Notes: a model not told the origin generated them from the sequence alone. A stretch of DNA of 32,000 nucleotides from Geobacter metallireducens GS-15 (GCF_000012925.1 NC_007517.1:2820001-2852000), one strand, 5' to 3'; numbered from the stretch's first letter, positions 15,098-24,738 are shown. Translations and numbers: made by a program.

Positions 15098-16453
15098 TTA
15101 CAGATCCACCTTCGGCAGCCGCGCCAGGGACTCCCGAATCATCTCCTCGGGATACTCGAAATCCTCCAGCCCGCCGGAGAGGTAGGCGTCGTAGGCCCCC
15201 ATGTCCAGCTGGCCGTGGCCCGAGAGGCAGAAAAGGATAGTCTTTTCCTTTCCCTCTTCCTTGGCGAGGACCGCTTCGTCAATGGCAGCCCGCACCGCGT
15301 GGGACGATTCGGGGGCCGGGACGATCCCCTCGCTGCGGGCAAAGAGGTGGGCCGCCTCAAAACAGGCGTTCTGACGGTACGACTTCGCCTCGATGAGCCC
15401 CGCGTGATGGAGCTGCGACACCAGGGCGGACTCGCCATGGTAGCGCAAGCCCCCAGCGTGGATCCCCGGCGGCATGAAGTCGTGGCCCAGGGTGTACATC
15501 ATGGCGATGGGGGCCATCTTGGCGGTGTCGCCGTAGTCGAAGGCATAGACCCCCTTGGTGAGGGTCGGGCAGGAGGCGGGCTCCACGGCCAGGCAGCGGA
15601 CGTTCTTGCCGGCGGCTCGGTCGGCCAGGAACGGGAACGCCGTGCCGGCGAAGTTGGAGCCGCCGCCGCAGCAGGCGATGACCACGTCTGGGTAGTCGCC
15701 GGCCAGGGCCAGCTGCTCCTTGGCCTCCTGGCCGATGACGGTCTGGTGGAGGCAGACGTGGTTCAGGACGCTCCCCAGGGCGTAGTTGGTGTCGGGGCGG
15801 GAGACAGCGTCCTCCACAGCCTCGGAGATGGCGATGCCGAGGCTCCCGTTGCTGTCCGGGTCGTGGGCCAGGATGGCACGGCCGGCGTTGGTGAACTCAG
15901 AGGGCGACGGGATCACATTGGCCCCCCAGAGCTGCATCATGCTCTTGCGGTAGGGCTTCTGGGTGCACGACACTTTCACCATGTAGACCGTGCACTCAAG
16001 GCCGAACATGGAGCAGGCCAGGGCCAGGGAACTCCCCCACTGGCCGGCGCCGGTCTCGGTGGCGAGGCGACGGATGCCGGCCTGCTTGTTGTAGAAGGCC
16101 TGGGGGATGGCCGAATTGGGCTTGTGGGAGCCGGCCGGGGACACCCCTTCGTACTTGTAGTAGATCTTCGCCGGGGTGCCGAGGGCCTGCTCCAGCCGCC
16201 GCGCCCGGTAGAGGGGTGACGGCCGCCAGAGCCGGTAGATCTCCCGCACCTCCTCGGGAATCGGGATCCACCGCTCGCCCGAGACCTCCTGCTCGATAAT
16301 GGCCATGGGGAAGATGGGGAGGAGGTCGTCGGGTGTCACCGGCTGGAGGGTCCGGGGATTGATGACTGGCGCCAGGGGGCCGGGCATGTCGGGGATGATG
16401 TTATACCAGTGGGTGGGGATGCGGCTTTCGTCGAGCAGGATTTTTGTCTGCAT
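15098..16453 (-). CDS. TrpB2-type tryptophan synthase beta-like PLP enzyme
   Basis: 451 aa with the long TrpB2 N-terminus ([22 protein letters not shown]...), the PLP-lysine context [15 protein letters not shown], and [12 protein letters not shown] and [10 protein letters not shown] motifs. Confidence 0.9.
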   Translation of the reverse strand: MQTKILLDESRIPTHWYNIIPDMPGPLAPVINPRTLQPVTPDDLLPIFPMAIIEQEVSGERWIPIPEEVREIYRLWRPSPLYRARRLEQALGTPAKIYYKYEGVSPAGSHKPNSAIPQAFYNKQAGIRRLATETGAGQWGSSLALACSMFGLECTVYMVKVSCTQKPYRKSMMQLWGANVIPSPSEFTNAGRAILAHDPDSNGSLGIAISEAVEDAVSRPDTNYALGSVLNHVCLHQTVIGQEAKEQLALAGDYPDVVIACCGGGSNFAGTAFPFLADRAAGKNVRCLAVEPASCPTLTKGVYAFDYGDTAKMAPIAMMYTLGHDFMPPGIHAGGLRYHGESALVSQLHHAGLIEAKSYRQNACFEAAHLFARSEGIVPAPESSHAVRAAIDEAVLAKEEGKEKTILFCLSGHGQLDMGAYDAYLSGGLEDFEYPEEMIRESLARLPKVDL

Positions 16454-16473
16454 GGAAACCTCGGCTTGTTAAG

Positions 16474-16605
16474 GAATAACACAGAGCAACTGAGCAACAG
16501 AGAAAAACAATGAATTTATAACGCCTGATCCTATCAATAGAAGCAGAAGCATCCTCGTTTATTTGTTTTCTCAGGTTTTACTCAGTTGCTCAGTTGCTTG
16601 TATGT
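16474..16605. repeat. intra-operon inverted-repeat element A (between trpC and trpB2)
   Basis: AGCAACTGAGCAAC (16485-16498) and GTTGCTCAGTTGCT (16585-16598) are perfect 14-bp inverted repeats. GAGAAAAACAA (16500-16510) pairs with TTGTTTTCTC (16563-16572). The centre is AT-rich. The left terminus GGAATAACACAGAG resembles that of element B. Confidence 0.75.
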
Positions 16606-16617
16606 TTCAGTTGTTTT

Positions 16618-17418
16618 TCACCCCAACAACTCCCGGAGCTTGGCCCCGATGTCCTCCTCCCGCATGAGGGACTCGCCAATGAGGAAGCCGCGGGCACCGG
16701 CGGTCTGGAGACGGAGGATGTCGGCGCGGGTGTTCACGCCGCTCTCGGCCACCACGAACCGGTCGGCGGGGACCATGGGGAGGAGCTGCTCGGTGGTGGC
16801 CAGGTCCACAACAAAGGTGCGGAGGTTGCGGTTATTGATGCCGATAAGGGCGCAATTGGTGGCAAGGGCCGTCTCCATCTCCGGCTCGTCGTGGACCTCC
16901 AGGAGCACGTCGAGGGAAAGCTCCCGGGCGATTCCGGCCAGCTCCTCGATCTGCTCCCGCTCCAGCATGGCGGCGATGAGGAGGATGGCGTCGGCCCCGG
17001 CAGCCCGGGCTTCGAAGACCTGGTAGGGATCGAAGAGGAAATCCTTGCGCAGCAGCGGCAGCCGCACCTGCTCGCGGATCAGGGCCAGGTAGCGGAGGTT
17101 CCCCAGAAAGAAATGTTCGTCGGTCAGGACCGAGAGGCAGGCGGCGCCGTTCTGCTCGTAGGTTTCGGCGATCTCCAGGGGATCGAAGTCGGGGCGGATG
17201 AGCCCCTTGGAGGGGGACCCCTTCTTCACCTCGGCGATGACGGCGGTCCAGCCGGAGGCGTGGCAGTCCCGCAGAGCCCGCTCGAAGCCCCGGGGCTGGT
17301 CCTCCAGGTCGGCGATGCGGGCCTTCAGCTCGGCAAGGGGGGTGGCGGAACGGGCCGCTGTCACCTCACGGCGCTTGTGTTCGACTATCTTTTTCAGGAT
17401 GTCAGGGGTTGTGGGCAT
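16618..17418 (-). CDS. trpC: indole-3-glycerol phosphate synthase
   Basis: 266 aa. VIAEVKKGSPSKG, LSVLTDEHFFLG, LLRKDF and IGINNRNLRTF are canonical TrpC motifs. Confidence 0.92.
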   Translation of the reverse strand: MPTTPDILKKIVEHKRREVTAARSATPLAELKARIADLEDQPRGFERALRDCHASGWTAVIAEVKKGSPSKGLIRPDFDPLEIAETYEQNGAACLSVLTDEHFFLGNLRYLALIREQVRLPLLRKDFLFDPYQVFEARAAGADAILLIAAMLEREQIEELAGIARELSLDVLLEVHDEPEMETALATNCALIGINNRNLRTFVVDLATTEQLLPMVPADRFVVAESGVNTRADILRLQTAGARGFLIGESLMREEDIGAKLRELLG

Positions 17419-17442
17419 AGTGGGTTTCCAAATTTCAGAATC

Positions 17443-17461
17443 GGGCGGACACAGTCCGCCC
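17443..17461 (-). other. intercistronic stem-loop between trpD and trpC
   Basis: Perfect 8-bp stem GGGCGGAC / GTCCGCCC with a 3-nt loop, in the 51-nt trpD-trpC spacer. Function unknown; it could be an mRNA stabiliser or processing site. Confidence 0.3.
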
Positions 17462-17469
17462 CTACAACA

Positions 17470-18522
17470 TTATTCATTTGTCAATGCAATCAGCTCTTCC
17501 AGCTTTGCCAGGGCGCGGCCCGAATCGATGGCCTCGGCGGCGAGACGGATCCCCTCGGCCGGGTCCGTGGCCTTGCCGGCGGCCACGAGGGCATAGGCGG
17601 CGTTCAGGAGCACCACGTCCCGCCTGGGCCCCGTGGCCCCGTCCAGGATGCTGCGAACGATGCGAGCGTTGCCGGCGGCGTCGCCCCCCCGGAGATCACC
17701 GGGAGGACAGGAGGCAAAGCCGAACTCCTCCGGCGTGATGGTCCGCACCGTCACCCCCTCCCGGGTCACCTCGGCAACGCGGGTCTCACGGGTAAGGGTA
17801 ATCTCGTCCATGCCGTCCATGCCGAAGACCACAAAGCCGCGCTTGCAGCCAAGCTTGTGAAGGACATGGGCCAGGGGCTCCACGAGATCCTCCCGGTAAA
17901 CGCCGAGGACCTGGCAGTCGGCGCCGGCCGGGTTCGTGAGGGGCCCGAGGATATTGAAGATGGTCCGGATGCCGATCTCCTTCCGGGGGCCGATGGCGTG
18001 TTTCATGGCGCCGTGGAGGGCCGGGGCGAAGAGGAAGCCGATGCCGATCCTCGCGATGGCGTTCTCCACCGTCTCCGGGGTCACGTCCAGGCTGACCCCC
18101 AGGGACTCCAGGACGTCGGCACTCCCGCAGGCGGACGAAACCGCCCGGTTGCCGTGCTTGGCCACCTTCACCCCGCAGGATGCCACCACGAAGGAGACGG
18201 TGGTGGAGATATTGAAGGTGTTGGTGCCGTCCCCCCCGGTGCCGACCACGTCCAGGATCGTCTCCTGATCGATGTTGATGTCATCCCGGTCGATATCGAG
18301 GACCCCCTTGCCGACCCGGATGGGGGTGGCCCGATCCCGCATGACTCGGGCTGCGCCGGTGATCTCCTCCACCGTCTCCCCCTTCATTCGGAGGGCGGTG
18401 ATGAAGGAAGCGATCTGGGCCGGGGTGGCCTCGCCGGACATGATCTGGTCCATGACCTCGATCATCTCCGCTTCCGTGAGGTCGATGCGCTCAACTACCT
18501 TTGCAATTGCTTTTTTGATCAT
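17470..18522 (-). CDS. trpD: anthranilate phosphoribosyltransferase
   Basis: 350 aa. [36 protein letters not shown] and [10 protein letters not shown] motifs. The ATG overlaps the trpG stop (18519-18522). Confidence 0.92.
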
Positions 18523-19088
18523 TGTGTCATCTCCAGGAAATTCTTGAGGATGTCCATCCCCCCCTCGGTGAGGATCGACTCGGGATGGAACTGGACCCCC
18601 CAGATCGGCAGCTCCCTGTGGGCGAGCCCCATGACCTCCCCCTCCTCCACCCAGGCGGTGATCTCAAGGCAGTCGGGGAACGTGGCCCGCTCCACCACCA
18701 GCGAGTGGTATCGGGTGGCATTGAAGGGATTGGGGAGCCCCCGGAAGAGCCCCTGGCCGTTGTGGTGGATCGGGGAAGTCTTGCCGTGCATGAGGGTGGA
18801 GCTGCGGACCACCTTCCCGCCGAAGGCGGCGCCGATTGACTGATGGCCGAGGCAGACCCCGAGGATCGGGATCTTGCCGGCAAAGTGGCGGATGGCGGCG
18901 ACGGAAATCCCCGCCTCCTCGGGGGAGCAAGGGCCGGGGGAAATGACGAGGCGCTCGGGCGCCAGCCGTTCGATCTCCTCCAGGGTAATGCCGTCGTTGC
19001 GGAAGACCCGCACATCCTCCCCCAGTTCGCCAAAGTACTGGACGATGTTGTAGGTGAAGGAGTCGTAATTGTCGATCATGAGCAACAT
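18519..19088 (-). CDS. trpG: anthranilate synthase component II (glutamine amidotransferase)
   Basis: 189 aa. [19 protein letters not shown], the catalytic GVCLGHQ, and FHPES. Confidence 0.92.
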
Positions 19089-19089
19089 G

Positions 19090-20565
19090 TCAGTCCAATC
19101 CCTTTTCCGCGGTCTCGATGGCCTTAACCGCAGCCATGGCCTTGTTGACGGTCTCCTGGTATTCCGCGGCCGGGTCCGAGTCGGCCACGATGCCGGCGCC
19201 TGCCTGGAGGTGCACCATGCCGTCGCGGATGACGAGGGTGCGGATGGCGATGGCCAGGTCCATGTTGCCGGAGAAGGAGAAGTACCCCACGGCGCCGCCG
19301 TAGACCTCGCGGCGGACCGGCTCCAGCTCGTCGATGATCTCCATGGCCCGCACCTTGGGGGCGCCGGAGAGGGTACCCGCCGGGAAGGTAGCCCGCACCA
19401 CGTCGAAGGCGTCCTTCCCCTCGACCAGTTCCCCCTCCACGTTGGAGACGATGTGCATCACGTGGGAATAGCGCTCGATGACCATGAGCTCCGACACCTT
19501 CACGGTGCCGGTCCGGCAGACCCGCCCCAGGTCGTTGCGCCCCAGGTCCACGAGCATCACGTGCTCGGCCCGCTCCTTGGGATCGGCCAGGAGTTCTTCC
19601 GCCAGTTGTTGGTCCTCCTCCGGGGTCGCGCCCCGGGGGCGGGTGCCGGCGATGGGGCGCAGCTCCACCCGGTCTCCCTCCTTGCGGACCATGACCTCGG
19701 GGGAGGCCCCCACCACCAGGGTGTCGTCCATGCGGAGGAAGAACATGTAGGGGGAAGGGTTCAGGGTCCGCAGCACGCGGTAGATGGCGAGGGGCTCCAC
19801 GGTGAGCGCGCCGGAGAAGCGCTGGGAGAGGACCACCTGGATGATGTCCCCGGCCCGGACGTACTCCTTGCATTTCTCCACCGCCGCCTCGAAGTTTTCG
19901 CGGGGAACGTTGGACGAGAAGGAGACCGTGCGCACAGCAGGCGTCGCCGGCATTGCCGGCAGGGGGGCTCGGAGCTTGGCGATGAGGGCGTCCACCCGGG
20001 CAATGGCCTCGGCATAGGCGGCCTCAGGAGCCTGTCCATCCTCCAGATGGGCGTTGGAGACCACGGTGATTTTCTGCCGCATGGTGTCGAAGATCAGGAT
20101 CGTGTCGGTGATGACGAAGCAGGAATCCCAGGCCCCGATGACGGCCGGCTTCTCCGTGGGAAGCCGCTCGAAGTGGCGCACCATGTCGTACCCCAGGTAT
20201 CCCACGGCGCCGCCGAAGAAGCGAGGGAGCCCGGGGATCTCCACGGGGTGGAACCGGCTCAGATACTCCCGCACAAAGCCCAGGGGGTCGTCGCTGGTAA
20301 CGGCGCGGGTCTCGCCGTTGGTGACGATCTCCACGGTGGTGCCGCGGGTCCGGATGACGGTGGCAGGGTTGGAGCCGAGAAAGGAATAGCGGCCCCACTT
20401 CTCACCCCCCTCGATACTTTCCAGGAGGAAGGAGTAGGAACCGTCGTCGATCTTGCGGAAGGCGCTGACCGGCGTGTCCATATCGGCCATGATCTCGCGG
20501 CAGACGGGAATCAGGTTGCCTTGGGAGGCCAGGGACCGGAAGGTCTCGAAATCGGGAAAATACAC
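19090..20565 (-). CDS. trpE: anthranilate synthase component I
   Basis: 491 aa. [16 protein letters not shown], the chorismate-binding C-terminal domain ([33 protein letters not shown]). GTG start at 20565 with GGAG 7 nt upstream. Confidence 0.92.
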   Translation of the reverse strand: MYFPDFETFRSLASQGNLIPVCREIMADMDTPVSAFRKIDDGSYSFLLESIEGGEKWGRYSFLGSNPATVIRTRGTTVEIVTNGETRAVTSDDPLGFVREYLSRFHPVEIPGLPRFFGGAVGYLGYDMVRHFERLPTEKPAVIGAWDSCFVITDTILIFDTMRQKITVVSNAHLEDGQAPEAAYAEAIARVDALIAKLRAPLPAMPATPAVRTVSFSSNVPRENFEAAVEKCKEYVRAGDIIQVVLSQRFSGALTVEPLAIYRVLRTLNPSPYMFFLRMDDTLVVGASPEVMVRKEGDRVELRPIAGTRPRGATPEEDQQLAEELLADPKERAEHVMLVDLGRNDLGRVCRTGTVKVSELMVIERYSHVMHIVSNVEGELVEGKDAFDVVRATFPAGTLSGAPKVRAMEIIDELEPVRREVYGGAVGYFSFSGNMDLAIAIRTLVIRDGMVHLQAGAGIVADSDPAAEYQETVNKAMAAVKAIETAEKGLD

Positions 20566-20811
20566 GGGATGCTCCGATCAACGGGAAACAGAGGGGAGAA
20601 AATGCCCGGAAAGGCTCTTTTTTAAAGGAGTTTAAACTAGCACACGGGGACGGAGAGTGTCAAGAAACCCGGACGGTTACGGCAGGCAAAGAAAGCGAAG
20701 GCCGAGGGGAGGACAAAAAGTGTCGGCGCTCCCCTTGAAAAATCCCGGAGTGATAGTTAGGTTAGGGGAGTTCTGTCATCACCACACCGACACAAAGGAG
20801 AAGACACCCCC

Positions 20812-22764
20812 ATGACGAAGACCACCAAGAAATTCGAAACCGAGGTCCAGCAGCTCCTCGATCTCGTAATTCACTCCCTTTACTCCAACAAGGACATCTT
20901 CCTCCGGGAACTCATCTCCAACTCTTCCGACGCCATCGACAAGGTCCTCTTCGAGGCTCACCAGAATGCGGCGGTCATTGAGGGAGAGCCGGAAGGGAAA
21001 ATCAAGCTGATCCCCGACAAAGAGGCCGGCACCATCACCATCCGCGACAACGGGGTCGGCATGACCATGGAGGAGGTGGAGAAGAACATCGGCACCATCG
21101 CCCATTCGGGGACCAAGGCGTTCCTGGCGAACCTGAAGGAGCAGAACGTGTCCGAGCACCCGGAGCTGATCGGCCAGTTCGGGGTCGGCTTCTACGCTTC
21201 GTTCATGGTGGCCGACCGGGTCACCCTCGTCACCCGCCGTGCCGGCCAGGACAAGGCCGCCGGGGTCCGCTGGGAGTCCACCGGCGACGGCACCTACACC
21301 GTTGAAGAAGCAGTCAAGGAGACCCGCGGCACCGAAATCACCCTCCACCTGAAAGAAGAGATGAAGGAATATCTCGACGAGTGGAAGATCCGCTCCATCG
21401 TACGTAAATACTCCGACTACGTCCAGTACCCCGTCGTCATGGATGTGACCCGGACCGAAGTCCCGAAAGGGGTGAACGGCGAGGAAATCGAAGGGGCCGG
21501 CACCATCGAGAAAACTGTGGAAGAGACTCTCAACTCCATGAAGGCCATCTGGGCCCGCGCCAAGAGCGAAGTGACCGAGGAGGAGTACGAGGAGTTCTAC
21601 AAGCACGTCTCCCACGATTTCGAGAAACCCCTCAAGACCATCCACTATTCGGCCGAAGGGGTGAGCGAGTTCAAGGCACTCCTCTACCTGCCGGCCCACA
21701 AACCCTTCGACCTCTTCATGCCCGAGCGCAAGAAAGGGGTCCAGCTCTACGTGCGCCGGGTCTTCATCACCGACTCCTGCGAGCAGCTCATCCCCGACTA
21801 CCTCCGCTTCGTGAAGGGGGTGGTGGACTCCAGCGACCTGCCACTCAACGTGTCGCGGGAAATCCTCCAGGAAGATGTCCAGATCAAGCGGATCCAGAAA
21901 AGCCTCGTTTCCAAGATCATCTCCACCCTCTCAGAAATGCGGGAGAAGGAGGCCGACGACTACCTCGCCTTCTACAAGGAGTTCGGCCAGGTCCTCAAGG
22001 AAGGGGTCCACTTCGATTACGCCAACCGGGAGAAGCTCCAGGACCTCCTCCTCTTCGAAAGCACCAGGACCGAGGCGGGGAAATTCACCTCCCTCAAGGA
22101 GTACGTGGAGCGGATGCCCGCGGGGCAGGAAGAGATCTACTTCATCACTGGCACGAGCCGCACGGCCCTGGAGCAGTCCCCCCACCTGGAGATCTTCCGG
22201 AAGAAGGAATACGAGGTCCTCTTCCTGACCGATCCCGTGGACGAGTGGGTGGTGCAGGGGGTCACGGAGTACGACGGCAAGAAGCTCAAGGCCGTGGACC
22301 GGGGCGATGTCATCCCCGCCACCGAAGAGGAGAAGAAGGAGCAGGAGGCCAAGCGGGAAGAGGCGTTCAAGCAGTACGGCGACCTCCTCTCCTTCGTGAA
22401 GGAGAAGCTCGACGCGCGGGTGAAGGAAGTGCGCCTTTCCAGCCGCCTCACCGACAGCGCCTGCTGCCTCGTGGCCGACGAGCACGGTCTCAACGCCAAC
22501 ATGGAGCGGATTCTCCGGGCCATGAACCAGGATGTCCCCGAGTCGAAGCGGATTCTGGAGCTGAACCCGGATCACCCCCTCATGCAGGTGATGGCAAACC
22601 TCTTTGCCCGGGACAAGGCCAACCCGCGCCTGGGCGACTACTGCGACCTCCTCTACGACCAGGCTCTGCTCACCGAAGGCTCGCCCATCAGCGACCCGCT
22701 CCGGTTCACGCGGCTCGTGGCGGAGCTGATGGTGGCGGACGGGAAAGCGGCTGCGGGGGAGTAA
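20812..22764 (+). CDS. htpG: molecular chaperone HtpG (Hsp90)
   Basis: 650 aa. [37 protein letters not shown] and [16 protein letters not shown] are canonical Hsp90 N-domain motifs. Confidence 0.95.
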   Translation: MTKTTKKFETEVQQLLDLVIHSLYSNKDIFLRELISNSSDAIDKVLFEAHQNAAVIEGEPEGKIKLIPDKEAGTITIRDNGVGMTMEEVEKNIGTIAHSGTKAFLANLKEQNVSEHPELIGQFGVGFYASFMVADRVTLVTRRAGQDKAAGVRWESTGDGTYTVEEAVKETRGTEITLHLKEEMKEYLDEWKIRSIVRKYSDYVQYPVVMDVTRTEVPKGVNGEEIEGAGTIEKTVEETLNSMKAIWARAKSEVTEEEYEEFYKHVSHDFEKPLKTIHYSAEGVSEFKALLYLPAHKPFDLFMPERKKGVQLYVRRVFITDSCEQLIPDYLRFVKGVVDSSDLPLNVSREILQEDVQIKRIQKSLVSKIISTLSEMREKEADDYLAFYKEFGQVLKEGVHFDYANREKLQDLLLFESTRTEAGKFTSLKEYVERMPAGQEEIYFITGTSRTALEQSPHLEIFRKKEYEVLFLTDPVDEWVVQGVTEYDGKKLKAVDRGDVIPATEEEKKEQEAKREEAFKQYGDLLSFVKEKLDARVKEVRLSSRLTDSACCLVADEHGLNANMERILRAMNQDVPESKRILELNPDHPLMQVMANLFARDKANPRLGDYCDLLYDQALLTEGSPISDPLRFTRLVAELMVADGKAAAGE

Positions 22765-22785
22765 TCGCAAGAACATAGACGGAAC

Positions 22786-22814
22786 AAAGGGGAGTCGGTG
22801 ACGGCTCCCCTTTG
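22786..22814 (+). terminator. htpG terminator hairpin (copy 1 of a thrice-repeated hairpin)
   Basis: AAAGGGGAGTCG-GTGA-CGGCTCCCCTTT: a 12-bp stem with one G-U pair, followed by GTCGTTTG. Confidence 0.6.
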
Positions 22815-22843
22815 TCGTTTGCGCGGTGTTGGCAATGAGATGC

Positions 22844-22872
22844 TTGCATAATGCATCATAGTAAAAGATAAT
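22844..22872 (+). promoter_or_regulatory. sigma70-like promoter of the DUF4160/DUF2442 pair
   Basis: TTGCAT (22844-22849), 17-nt spacer, GATAAT (22867-22872). A partial palindrome GATGCTTGCATAATGCATC overlaps the -35 and may be an operator. Confidence 0.45.
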
Positions 22873-22902
22873 TTTAGAGGATATCACCATCAGGGAGCTT
22901 CT

Positions 22903-23172
22903 ATGCCAGCCATCTCGATGTTTTATGGGATTGTGATTTACCTGTACTTTTACGATGATGAACGACATAAGATTCCGCATATTCACGCAAAATATCAGGG
23001 AGAAGACGCTTCTGTCTCGATTGCTAACGGCGAAATTCTAGCGGGCGACATCCCATTGTCCAAGCTTCGATTGGTTCAGGCATGGATAGAGATTCACAGG
23101 GATGCGCTGATGGCTGATTGGGCGCTTGCGGTGAACGGTCAACCACCTTTTGCCATTGAGCCGCTCAGATAG
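22903..23172 (+). CDS. DUF4160 domain protein
   Basis: 89 aa. MPAISMFYGIVIYLYFYDDERHKIPHIHAKYQGEDASVSI is the characteristic DUF4160 N-terminus. GGGAG lies 7 nt upstream. Confidence 0.8.
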   Translation: MPAISMFYGIVIYLYFYDDERHKIPHIHAKYQGEDASVSIANGEILAGDIPLSKLRLVQAWIEIHRDALMADWALAVNGQPPFAIEPLR

Positions 23173-23183
23173 GAGATATTGCC

Positions 23184-23441
23184 ATGGAATCCGTAATCAA
23201 AGTAGTTCCACAGGACGATTTTCATCTACTCATAACCTTCAATACCGGAGAAACCAGGCTGTTCGATGCTCGGCCCTATTTGGAAAAAGGGGTATTTAAC
23301 CGACTGAAAAATCTCGAACTATTCAAACAGGCGTTTGTTGCTTTTGATACTGTCTGCTGGCCCGACAATCTCGATATAGCCCCGGAAACATTGTATGACC
23401 GTTCACAATCGCTTCCCTGCTCTGAAGTGTCAAATGGCTGA
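23184..23441 (+). CDS. DUF2442 domain protein
   Basis: 85 aa. ...FDARPYLEKGVFNRLKNLELFKQAFVAFDTVCWPDNLDIAPETLY fits the DUF2442 pattern. It starts 11 nt after the DUF4160 gene, which is the usual pairing. Confidence 0.8.
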   Translation: MESVIKVVPQDDFHLLITFNTGETRLFDARPYLEKGVFNRLKNLELFKQAFVAFDTVCWPDNLDIAPETLYDRSQSLPCSEVSNG

Positions 23442-23468
23442 ACAAGAAAGGGCAATGCGGGGCATAAA

Positions 23469-23594
23469 TTGAAAGTCATCGTGAAAAGGACGCTGCGTCA
23501 ATACGGCTACCCGCCAGACATGCAGATGTTGGCGACCGAGACGGTCCTGAAGCAGGCGGAGATGCTGGCGAATGAGCTTGCGAGCAGGCAGTAA
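23469..23594 (+). pseudogene. 3' remnant of a type I restriction enzyme R subunit (hsdR) gene
   Basis: My translation gives LKVIVKRTLRQYGYPPDMQMLATETVLKQAEMLANELASRQ*. The K(R/K)xLRxYGYPPD...TVLxQAE pattern is the conserved extreme C-terminus of HsdR proteins. There is no upstream coding sequence. Confidence 0.55.
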
Positions 23595-23663
23595 ATGACA
23601 TACAGAGGCACCTAAAGAAAGAGGGGACCTCGGGGGACGTTCTTTTTTATTCGGAATTTATGA

Positions 23664-23690
23664 GGGGAGGCGGTGACGACTCCCTTTTTT
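23664..23690 (+). terminator. terminator-like hairpin, copy 2
   Basis: GGGGAGGCG-GTGA-CGACTCCC followed by TTTTTT. It has the same loop and arm sequence family as 22786-22814. Confidence 0.55.
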
Positions 23691-23714
23691 CGTTGGGGCG
23701 TTGCAAAGAACACC

Positions 23715-23743
23715 TTGACGCTCCCCACCTCAGTAATTACAAT
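23715..23743 (+). promoter_or_regulatory. sigma70-like promoter of mazEF
   Basis: TTGACG (23715-23720), 17-nt spacer, TACAAT (23738-23743). Confidence 0.55.
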
Positions 23744-23787
23744 GTAACCACCCAACCTACCAATTGCTTATCAAGAGGACATCACCG

Positions 23788-24042
23788 ATGAGGACCAACA
23801 TTATTCGCATAGGCAATTCCCAAGGCATCCGAATCCCTAAGGTTCTCCTGGAACAGAGCCATCTCGGAGCAGAGGTGGAGTTGGAGGTGGAGGATGAGAA
23901 AATCATCATCCGCTCCGCTTCCCGCCCTCGCCAGGGGTGGGGGGAGAAATTCCAGCTCATGGCTGAGAGCGGCGATGACAGAATGCTTAACGGGGATGCG
24001 GGCGAGCAGACCGAATGGGACAAGGATGAATGGGAATGGTAG
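23788..24042 (+). CDS. mazE: AbrB/MazE/SpoVT-family antitoxin
   Basis: I start the ORF 23764..24042 at ATG 23788 (AGAGGA 8 nt upstream). MRTNIIRIGNSQGIRIPKVLLEQSHLG is the swapped-hairpin AbrB-type motif. It has an acidic, Trp-rich tail and overlaps the toxin gene. Confidence 0.8.
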   Translation: MRTNIIRIGNSQGIRIPKVLLEQSHLGAEVELEVEDEKIIIRSASRPRQGWGEKFQLMAESGDDRMLNGDAGEQTEWDKDEWEW

Positions 24043-24359
24043 TCAAACGCTTCGACGTCTATCTGGTCAACCTGGACCCCACCGTCGGCAGGGAGATTCG
24101 CAAGGCAAGGCCATGTCTCATTATCTCACCCGATGAAATGAACCGGTACATCGGCACCGTTATCGTTGCCCCCATGACCACCAAAGGGAGGGATTATCCC
24201 ACGCGGGTGCAGTGCTCCTTCAAGGGCAAGGAGGGACAGGTTGTCCTTGACCAGATCAGAACCGTGGACAAGTCCCGTCTTTTCCAGAAGCTCGGAAGAA
24301 TCGACAAAGAAACGCAGGAAGAGGTGTTGTCCATTCTTGCGGAGATGTTTGCGCCGTAA
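24030..24359 (+). CDS. mazF: MazF/PemK-family endoribonuclease toxin
   Basis: 109 aa. VKRFDVYLVNLDPTVGREIRKARPCLIISPDEMN ... VIVAPMTT ... VVLDQIRTVDKSRL is canonical PemK/MazF. The start may be Met 24036. Confidence 0.88.
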   Translation: MGMVVKRFDVYLVNLDPTVGREIRKARPCLIISPDEMNRYIGTVIVAPMTTKGRDYPTRVQCSFKGKEGQVVLDQIRTVDKSRLFQKLGRIDKETQEEVLSILAEMFAP

Positions 24360-24393
24360 GTAGGAGAGCCGGTGCGTCGAAAATGAACCACAT

Positions 24394-24419
24394 GGGGAGT
24401 CGGCAACGGCTCCCCTTTT
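24394..24419 (+). terminator. terminator-like hairpin, copy 3
   Basis: GGGGAGTCG-GCAA-CGGCTCCCC followed by TTTT. The arms are identical to copy 1. Confidence 0.55.
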
Positions 24420-24440
24420 CCGTTGCTTGGATTGGACGCC

Positions 24441-24468
24441 TTGACAGCGCGTCGCACCGCGCTAGACT
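24441..24468 (+). promoter_or_regulatory. sigma70-like promoter of the 55-aa ORF
   Basis: TTGACA (24441-24446), 16-nt GC-rich palindromic spacer, TAGACT (24463-24468). Confidence 0.5.
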
Positions 24469-24506
24469 TGCTTCGTCGAAATCACTAACGAAGGAGGTAC
24501 CCGCAA

Positions 24507-24674
24507 ATGGCATGCGACATCACGTCCCACAAAATGCACATGTGTGCCCTCAAGGCCGAGGGATGCAGCGACGAAATTGCGAGCCTTTCCGCATCGCCCA
24601 CCGTCAAGTGCGGCAACTGCGGCGCCCTGGCCAACTCCCCCGACAACGTCTGCAACCCTGTCCCCCTCAAGTGA
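24507..24674 (+). CDS. small Cys-rich protein (55 aa), absent from the ORF track
   Basis: My translation gives MACDITSHKMHMCALKAEGCSDEIASLSASPTVKCGNCGALANSPDNVCNPVPLK*. AGGAGG lies 9 nt upstream of the ATG. The gene has its own promoter (24441-24468) and its own terminator (24705-24738). Confidence 0.6.
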   Translation: MACDITSHKMHMCALKAEGCSDEIASLSASPTVKCGNCGALANSPDNVCNPVPLK

Positions 24675-24704
24675 TCAACCGGCATCACTATGGATGCCCT
24701 GCAT

Positions 24705-24738
24705 GCGGCCCGTGACCTTATGTGCGGGCCGCTTTTTT
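24705..24738 (+). terminator. rho-independent terminator after the 55-aa ORF
   Basis: GCGGCCCG (24705-24712) / CGGGCCGC (24725-24732), a perfect 8-bp stem, followed by TTTTTT (24733-24738). Confidence 0.7.

Noticed and set aside
16594-18843. Very long ORFs on the strand opposite the GC-rich genes. Examples: 16594-18843 (749 aa), 19069-20625, 15044-16219, 4521-5672, 1938-2870, 20779-21699, 21931-22986, 27785-28936, 28384-29637 and 30513-31898.
   Set aside because: Each fully overlaps a gene with clear family motifs on the other strand. Their translations are low-complexity and rich in Gly/Arg/Pro/His/Val with no recognisable motifs. Stop-poor antisense frames are expected at this GC content.
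20734-20763. Sigma32-type heat-shock promoter upstream of htpG (CTTGAAA at 20734-20740).
   Set aside because: The -35 match is good, but the sequence 13-15 nt downstream (GATAGTTAGG) does not resemble CCCCATNT. It also does not give a well-spaced sigma70 -10. Left uncalled.
20566-20811. trp leader peptide, attenuator or T-box upstream of trpE.
   Set aside because: I found no short ORF with tandem Trp codons and no alternative terminator/antiterminator pairings. A plausible TTGACA-N18-TAGTTT promoter is present on the minus strand, but nothing else is. Without a covariance-model search I cannot call a regulatory RNA.
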